DNA from: a virus
Taxonomy: Duplodnaviria > Heunggongvirae > Uroviricota > Caudoviricetes
DNA: 28,791 nt
Virus record (IMG/VR): IMGVR_UViG_3300042524_000214
Location: 102,663-131,453 of that record
Strand: one strand, 5' to 3'
Made by a program: the position numbers and the translations under genes. The notes beneath the pieces were generated by a model that worked only from the letters and a program-made list of their open reading frames with translations, was not told where the DNA came from and did no database searches. Below are positions 23,370 through 28,791 of the stretch, piece after piece. Numbering within the stretch: position 1 is the first letter of the stretch; each line of letters begins with the position of its first letter.

Positions 23370-25580
23370 TTATAATACTGTAATATCAAATGTTGGTGGT
23401 ACAAGCCATAGTTGTGAATAGGTTGGTTCAGGTATTGCTAAATCTAATTCAAAAGTAGATACGCCAGTTGTAATAGGTGTCCCTAAGGCTTGCATAGTTA
23501 TTGTTTGAGAACCTAGTGTTGTAAAAGTACCTTTCGCTCTAAATGTTACTCCATTAGCATATCCTATAAAATCGTATGTTCCTAAGAATGTAACATTTAC
23601 TGTAATATTTTGTGTTACTGTGCTTGGTGTTATTGCAACACCTGCTGTTAAAGTTCCTGTTTGTGTGCCTATTGAAATACTATCTATTTTACTATTACCC
23701 CCAGTTGAACTTTCGTAAGTGGTTAAAACTTGCCCAGGTACAAAAGTACAAGGGTTTATTTCTAATACTTTAGAACCTATAACTCCATCATAAACGCTAA
23801 CTCCATTTATAAAGAACTGTAACCCTACTACATCACTGTGCTGGTTATAGTATTTTCCAATAAGGGTGACTCCTACAGTTGGTGTGGGGTTTGTTACTAC
23901 GTTTGTGCCTCTTAGTCTTATTTTTAGTGTGTTTGCGGTAGCTGATAAGCCCTCTTCTATAATACCTGATTTAATTACTGAATACTCTACAAAACTCTCT
24001 CTAGAACTTGTATCACCTGCTAATGGGGAAGTAGTAAATCTCCCGTATACTATTTTATTAAATTCGTCTGGTGTACTTGAATTATTTAAGCTGACATAAG
24101 TTGCAGGGGTTTCCACATTTGATGGGGATGGTAAAATGCTTGCTGATGGTAAATAATGGAAGCAATCTATTGGTACACCATTTGTCATAAAATTATATCT
24201 AGCCCTATTACAATTATGCCCAAACGTAGAACTAATAGGAGACCAAAAAGCTGTGTAATTTGCTTCTGTACTTGTTCCAGTAACATACGTTGTCCCATTC
24301 CAAGTATAAAAAAGGTTTGTATCAGATGCAACATAAACCTGACCTAATAATCCAGGAGTAGGGAATAATGCGTAGTTAAGATAATTATTTCCGCCTAATC
24401 TTTGAATCCCTGGAGTGGGTGAAAATACGCTACAGGATAAATTTACTGTAGTGTTTGAAAAAGTAACTACTGGTGCTGTTGCACTATACTTTAAAATACT
24501 TATATTATTTGCAGAGCCACCGAGTGTAATACCTAAAGCAAGTAATGTTGTATTGTGGGTATTTCTAAAATCAGTAGCTGTTTGTGTAGTACTTGAGTTA
24601 AATGATATAGCATAGGGTGTACCATCTATAATAATGTTACCTGAACCACTTGTACCAGATACACTAATACTTATACTTGTATATGGTAGAGTAAACTCTC
24701 TCAAATTGTCATAAAATACCCTAGCTGTAAGCACTGCTAAACATTCTTCTATTGTAGCTCCTATATTTATTGTGTAAACTAAAGTGTTTGTACATCCATT
24801 TGGGGCTGTTGCTACTATGGTGTAAACTACTGCGGCAGCATTAGGGCATGTTAGTGTGTCTGTTATTACACTGCCTGTTCCAGATGTTGCTCCAGTAACA
24901 CCTGCATCTGCTACAACAGTCCATGCAAAAGTTGTTCCTGGAACTCCACTACTAAGAGCTACGTTCAATGAATCACCGCTTGTAATTGTTTGTGGGCTAT
25001 TTGGCACTGCTATTATATTTGGTTTTGGGTTAACTGTAACTGTAACTTGTATAGGTGTTCCTGAACATCCTGACAAACCTTGTTCATAAGGTGTTATTGT
25101 GTATATTGCAGTCCCTGGTGTTGCACCTGTCGCAACTAAAGCTTGAGATATAGTATTACCTGATGCAATAGAGTTACCTGAAGTACCTCCATTAACACCC
25201 GTTTGTAAAACTACCCATGAATACACGACCCCACTAGGTAGTGTGGATGTAAGGGGTACAGATGTATTATCACCACTACAAATCGTTTGTGGGGATGCTA
25301 TTACATCAGCTAAACAGAGACAATCTGCTGGTATATCATTACTTGCTTCGCAATAAGAATCCTCTGGATTTTGTGCGACATACACGTATAAATAACCATC
25401 TGGACATAAATTTCCTGTGTTATACGCTAGAATACATTCTGTTTCATCTTCACTTAAAGTGTAGCCTGGTGGACAAGACTTTGGTTTACAAGATGGGGGT
25501 ACTGTAGTTGTTGTTTCACAGTATTTTACTCCTTGTATATCTACCAGTATGGCATTTTCGTTTTCACAATAGCAACTCAT
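23370..25580 (-). CDS. Adhesin/tail-fibre-like protein (736 aa): Cys-rich N-terminus, two PKD-like Ig-fold repeats, Thr/Gly-rich C-terminal beta domain
   Basis: CPPGYTL and CPDGYLY modules. Repeats QTICSGD...YSW...YTITPY...GCSG...VTVTVNPKP and QTITSGD...FAW...YTIVATAPNGC are typical of Bacteroidota PKD-like domains. C-terminal GTLTAG...VNVT..GTY....NGVTF...GTFTTLG.QT......GTP...G..TF resembles Flavobacteriia surface-protein repeats. Confidence 0.72.
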   Translation of the reverse strand: MSCYCENENAILVDIQGVKYCETTTTVPPSCKPKSCPPGYTLSEDETECILAYNTGNLCPDGYLYVYVAQNPEDSYCEASNDIPADCLCLADVIASPQTICSGDNTSVPLTSTLPSGVVYSWVVLQTGVNGGTSGNSIASGNTISQALVATGATPGTAIYTITPYEQGLSGCSGTPIQVTVTVNPKPNIIAVPNSPQTITSGDSLNVALSSGVPGTTFAWTVVADAGVTGATSGTGSVITDTLTCPNAAAVVYTIVATAPNGCTNTLVYTINIGATIEECLAVLTARVFYDNLREFTLPYTSISISVSGTSGSGNIIIDGTPYAISFNSSTTQTATDFRNTHNTTLLALGITLGGSANNISILKYSATAPVVTFSNTTVNLSCSVFSPTPGIQRLGGNNYLNYALFPTPGLLGQVYVASDTNLFYTWNGTTYVTGTSTEANYTAFWSPISSTFGHNCNRARYNFMTNGVPIDCFHYLPSASILPSPSNVETPATYVSLNNSSTPDEFNKIVYGRFTTSPLAGDTSSRESFVEYSVIKSGIIEEGLSATANTLKIRLRGTNVVTNPTPTVGVTLIGKYYNQHSDVVGLQFFINGVSVYDGVIGSKVLEINPCTFVPGQVLTTYESSTGGNSKIDSISIGTQTGTLTAGVAITPSTVTQNITVNVTFLGTYDFIGYANGVTFRAKGTFTTLGSQTITMQALGTPITTGVSTFELDLAIPEPTYSQLWLVPPTFDITVL

Positions 25581-25590
25581 ATTTTTGGTT

Positions 25591-25947
25591 TTATTTTATT
25601 AATACAGCTTCTTTTCCGAAACCATCTACCCTCAGCATAAATTTAAAATCTACTTTTACCGGGAATTTTATTTTATTGATTTCTAAAACTTGTTTTTGTG
25701 TTATATTTTTTTGTATGATAATATCATAATCACTTGAATCTATCCAATACCCTTTTACTCTTGACCCAAATAAATACATCTGACACTCTCCTATAGTAGT
25801 TTCTAGTAAGTCCTTTATAATGTGTAATACTTTTTTACAATCCTCTGGTAATTCTTTCCACTCTGTTATTAAAGGATGAACTGCCAGTCTTTTTACTGGC
25901 AGCTTAAATCCTAATGGGTTCCCTATGTATGGGTATTGTTTTCTCAT
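25591..25947 (-). CDS. Minimal nucleotidyltransferase (Pol-beta superfamily), 118 aa
   Basis: YLFGSRVKG....SDYDI = hG[GS]x9-13Dh[DE]h signature, with a probable third acid in VKVDF. The start is more likely 25947 (MRKQYPY, 5 nt after the upstream TAA) than the 25983 of the track. Confidence 0.8.
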   Translation of the reverse strand: MRKQYPYIGNPLGFKLPVKRLAVHPLITEWKELPEDCKKVLHIIKDLLETTIGECQMYLFGSRVKGYWIDSSDYDIIIQKNITQKQVLEINKIKFPVKVDFKFMLRVDGFGKEAVLIK

Positions 25948-25952
25948 ATTAT

Positions 25953-28791
25953 TTAATTCCACCATGTCCCTTTTGGTATACAACTATAAGCACCAAATCC
26001 AGTTGTTGGTTGTACATTTGGTAAAAAAGGACTTTCAATACTCATACCTAAATTTTTTGTCCACCAAAATATTACTGGAAAAGCTTCCCCAGATATTTGT
26101 CTGCTTATACTTATAGTAAAGGTAGAGCCTGAATATGGGCAATCTATCGTAGATAAATCGTCATGGAACACAAAACCACTTCCTGCTACACCTATTATGC
26201 TGTTTAACCAGTTGTTTATGTTTTGTACGTATGTTGTAACTCCATTAAGACCTACCCCAACCACTAAACCTGATGGTGCGTTTATTGTTAAAGTTTGCCC
26301 GGAAGCATACTCAGTGCCATCTAATTTTAGCTTATTTAGTGTAAAAGTGTATGTCGCACTAGCCCAATTTTTTTCAATACTTGAGTACTCTTGGTAACAT
26401 CTACTTGGAGATATTGTTGGACATATCGCTAAAACTCTATCTAATCTTTCACATAACCCTGTTTTTGAATTGTATGTAAAATCAGGAGGGCAATTAGTGG
26501 TTGTCTCTTCATTACAACATTTTGTCTCATTGTAAAAGTAACCTTGACCTGGGATATAATCTATACAAGGGTCTGGTATGTAATCTTTCTTAGTTATAAA
26601 AACTCTTCTATATCTACTGTCCCAACCCATTGTAATACCAACACCGTTGTACGGGTTGTCTACATCCACATTAGGTAAGTACTTTAGTATTTTGAATGGG
26701 AGCTGTTCTTTAAACCAGTTCCTCATTCCACTAGCTTTACTGCCGGCAGCTGTAGATATTTCTACAATACCTGAACTGTTAGGTGCCACCATTAAGACTT
26801 GACCTCTTTTTGCATCTGCCCAAAAATGACCAGCTTCACAAGATACTTGAGCAAAGTTTTGAGTTCCACCATATCCTAACTTAGCATTCACAAATGATGT
26901 AGATGCTCTTTGGAAGAACATATTACCTCCTAGGGTAGTTGCTGTTATAGCAGCCCCCGTGTCTATTTTAGTATCTACCTTATTGTACAGTACAGAAGTA
27001 TCCGAAAATCTAGCAAGTATTGCTCCACTTTCAACATCAATTACATCTTTTAATTTACCGTAGTTTGAAGGAAATTCAAATGTATCTAATGGTCTATAAA
27101 TCAACCATGGGTCATAAGAAGAGGTTTCAGAATTATCTGGTAAACTTGCTATGATACCATTTGGCATATTTTGTATAACATCATACAATCTCTTTTTGTA
27201 GATTTCTGGTATCGTTCTAGTTCTAATTCTAGAAACTTGATTAGAATAAGCACTGTTATATCTAAAGATGTTTGGTTCTCTTATAGGTACGTTTGTCTCT
27301 TGTGTCCACTCCCCTAAATCACCTACTTGGGGATAAAACCCTTCTCTTTTTTCTTTACCTGCGTATCTGTATGCAGTGTTTATCCTTGTTTCTGTTAAGA
27401 AATTTGGAACCCCGTAATGGTATAAATAAAATTTAGACGGTGGGGTATAATAATTACCGCTTGATGAAGGGGTATCAAAATTAAAATCACTAGATATATC
27501 GGGTAATAATCTATTACCTTGTCCAAAATCTTTATTTTCTTCGTAACTAACATAAAAATGAGGTCTTCTACCTATATTATTGTAAAAATAATAATTGTAA
27601 GGTGTAAGGTCTGCTTGTTTCATAGCTGTTACTAAGAACTGAGACATCTTTCTTTTTAAGCTATGTCTAGTAATAAAAGTGTCTCCTCCAAAAATTGATA
27701 TACAACTTGTTTGTGGATTTCTTAAATTCCCTCTATAACCTGTGCTTAGCCACTTAACTGAGCTTATTGTACCATACTGTGTGGGTAAATAATTCTTTAG
27801 TGCTGCATACGGTGATGCGATATTTTTTATTATCTCTTGGCTTCTTCCGGTTGTAATTAAGTTATTTTCCCCCAGATAAGTCATACTTGAATCATTAGAC
27901 GATTTATCATAGTTTGTATAATCAACAGGGTACTCTACAGGAAATTTACCAAAAGATAAAAATACAGATTTCTCTCTATCAATGTTATTTACACTTAGTC
28001 TTTCTCCGGTAGTTTCATTTGTAACAATATATCTACCATCTCCTAGGTATTTACCTATATTCGCTGCTCTAAGTTTATTACCTTCATCCCCCCAAATTCC
28101 TTGTGGGTTTGGAGAAGAGTGGCTTATATAATTGTAAAACCCTTCTGAAAAATAGTAGTACGCAAAATTATGTGGTGTTCCTAAATCTCTAAATATTTTT
28201 AACCACTCATATCTGTATCTACCATACTGAAAGTATGCTCCACTAATACCACCTATTGCTGCAATAGCTATGGAAGCTACTAGCCCCCCAGGAAAAACTG
28301 TACTAGAAAAACCTACTACTATATTGGTATTTGATAAGGCTTGTAATGCTTCAATCAAGACATTAAAAATGGTCTCTGCTATTGCTAAATCATTTGCTAA
28401 TGTATATGCTCTCTCTGTTAAAATTACCCATTTTGGGTGTTGTTTTACTTGGTCAAAATTACCTCTTGAATTGCCATATTGGTATCCTTGAAAACTCACC
28501 TCAGAAGGAAGTCCAACTTTTGTATAGTCCGTTTCTGGAGAATGAAAAGTATAATGCCTATTAGATTCTCCAAATATGGCACCTTCTCCTAAATTCTCTC
28601 TATTTGTCTCAGTTGCATAAGGCTCATTGAACTTATCGGTTGAAAATGTATTGTAAGGATAATTGGAATACAATATGTCTTTGTCAACAGTTTCTGTTTC
28701 TCTATACTTACGCATATCATATAACAGTCCTGAGGCTACTACACTTCTATCTAAACTAATATCTCCTCTAAATAGTTCGTAACCAACTATT
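25953..28791 (-). CDS. N-terminal/central part of a crAss-type tail-stabilisation-like protein (5'-partial, >945 aa)
   Basis: The frame stays open past the track start (28715) to the window edge: IVGYELFRGDISLDRSVVASGLLYDMRKY. Motifs FGGDTFI, YGVPNF, DLGEWTQE, WLIYRPLD, YGKL, LARF, LGYGGTQ, GHFWADAKRG, WFKEQLPF, DNP...G...GWDSRYRRVFITKKDY match my recollection of crAss-like tail proteins; a Cys-rich insert follows. Confidence 0.72.
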   Translation of the reverse strand, partial: IVGYELFRGDISLDRSVVASGLLYDMRKYRETETVDKDILYSNYPYNTFSTDKFNEPYATETNRENLGEGAIFGESNRHYTFHSPETDYTKVGLPSEVSFQGYQYGNSRGNFDQVKQHPKWVILTERAYTLANDLAIAETIFNVLIEALQALSNTNIVVGFSSTVFPGGLVASIAIAAIGGISGAYFQYGRYRYEWLKIFRDLGTPHNFAYYYFSEGFYNYISHSSPNPQGIWGDEGNKLRAANIGKYLGDGRYIVTNETTGERLSVNNIDREKSVFLSFGKFPVEYPVDYTNYDKSSNDSSMTYLGENNLITTGRSQEIIKNIASPYAALKNYLPTQYGTISSVKWLSTGYRGNLRNPQTSCISIFGGDTFITRHSLKRKMSQFLVTAMKQADLTPYNYYFYNNIGRRPHFYVSYEENKDFGQGNRLLPDISSDFNFDTPSSSGNYYTPPSKFYLYHYGVPNFLTETRINTAYRYAGKEKREGFYPQVGDLGEWTQETNVPIREPNIFRYNSAYSNQVSRIRTRTIPEIYKKRLYDVIQNMPNGIIASLPDNSETSSYDPWLIYRPLDTFEFPSNYGKLKDVIDVESGAILARFSDTSVLYNKVDTKIDTGAAITATTLGGNMFFQRASTSFVNAKLGYGGTQNFAQVSCEAGHFWADAKRGQVLMVAPNSSGIVEISTAAGSKASGMRNWFKEQLPFKILKYLPNVDVDNPYNGVGITMGWDSRYRRVFITKKDYIPDPCIDYIPGQGYFYNETKCCNEETTTNCPPDFTYNSKTGLCERLDRVLAICPTISPSRCYQEYSSIEKNWASATYTFTLNKLKLDGTEYASGQTLTINAPSGLVVGVGLNGVTTYVQNINNWLNSIIGVAGSGFVFHDDLSTIDCPYSGSTFTISISRQISGEAFPVIFWWTKNLGMSIESPFLPNVQPTTGFGAYSCIPKGTWWN

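Larger units (their letters stand above)
1..28791 (-). mobile_element. Bacteriophage genome segment: tail / lysin / virion cargo (ejected protein) module of a large Bacteroidota phage, probably crAss-like or related
   Basis: Co-directional, tightly packed very large minus-strand ORFs (0.7-2 kaa). Tail-stabilisation-like motifs, a multi-domain muralytic enzyme and a polyvalent protein are present. Promoters are Bacteroidota-type, upstream regions are A-rich without Shine-Dalgarno, and there are no cellular housekeeping genes. Whether this is a free phage or a prophage cannot be told from the window. Confidence 0.88.

Noticed and set aside
23370-25580. Diversity-generating retroelement target
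   Set aside because: No reverse transcriptase and no template/variable repeat pair differing at adenines is visible in the window.
23360-25955. Self-splicing intron or intein explaining the split tail gene
   Set aside because: Intergenic gaps are only 5-10 nt. There is no homing endonuclease or reverse transcriptase ORF and no intein terminal motifs (C1...HN) at the junctions. Not formally excluded without RT-PCR.
2-28564. About 35 short plus-strand ORFs in the track (60-244 aa)
   Set aside because: They lie antisense to long minus-strand genes, have S/F/L-rich shadow composition and show no motifs. Only the VanZ-like ORF is kept.
23360-28715. Track start sites 23404, 25983 and 28715
   Set aside because: The first two create overlaps, and better starts with A-rich leaders exist at 23359 and 25947. 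The third is internal because the frame is open to the window edge.
1-28791. Stop-codon reassignment (TAG/TGA) as known in some crAss-like phages
   Set aside because: Genes of 700-2000 codons are open in the standard code, coding density is near complete, and gene ends are mostly TAA.

Overview
This window is a ~29-kb AT-rich slice of the virion/ejected-protein module of a large Bacteroidota-infecting tailed phage; a crAss-like/Flavobacteriia-phage relationship is inferred from protein motifs, gene order and host-type promoters. Real genes are almost all on the minus strand. In transcription order (right to left): (1) the N-terminal part of a crAss-type tail-stabilisation-like protein, open at the right edge; (2) a small Pol-beta-type nucleotidyltransferase; (3) a Cys-rich/PKD-like adhesin-type protein; (4) what appears to be the missing C-terminal part of the tail-stabilisation protein; (5) a 921-aa four-module peptidoglycan hydrolase (GH73 + PG-binding + NlpC/P60-like + SLT-like); (6) a VanZ-like membrane gene on the opposite strand; (7) four putative cargo/ejection proteins (711, 739, 934, 1929 aa); and (8) a giant >2042-aa polyvalent protein that the supplied ORF track missed because it has no stop inside the window. 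I translated that gene by hand (6126 to <1, no in-frame stop). It carries LPD23-like, two zincin HExxH, kinase, unassigned HD-x3-H, ADP-ribosyltransferase-like and GNAT modules. Three Bacteroidota housekeeping promoters (TTTG-N19/20-TAnnTTTG) and one terminator overlapping a promoter are visible. The best leads are the injected multi-enzyme effector protein, a recurring [FYMH]xxGG motif punctuating three neighbouring proteins (possible processing/packaging signal), and a tail gene apparently split around an adhesin plus nucleotidyltransferase cassette. No rRNA, tRNA, CRISPR array or transposase was seen. Domain names come from motif recognition, not database searches.
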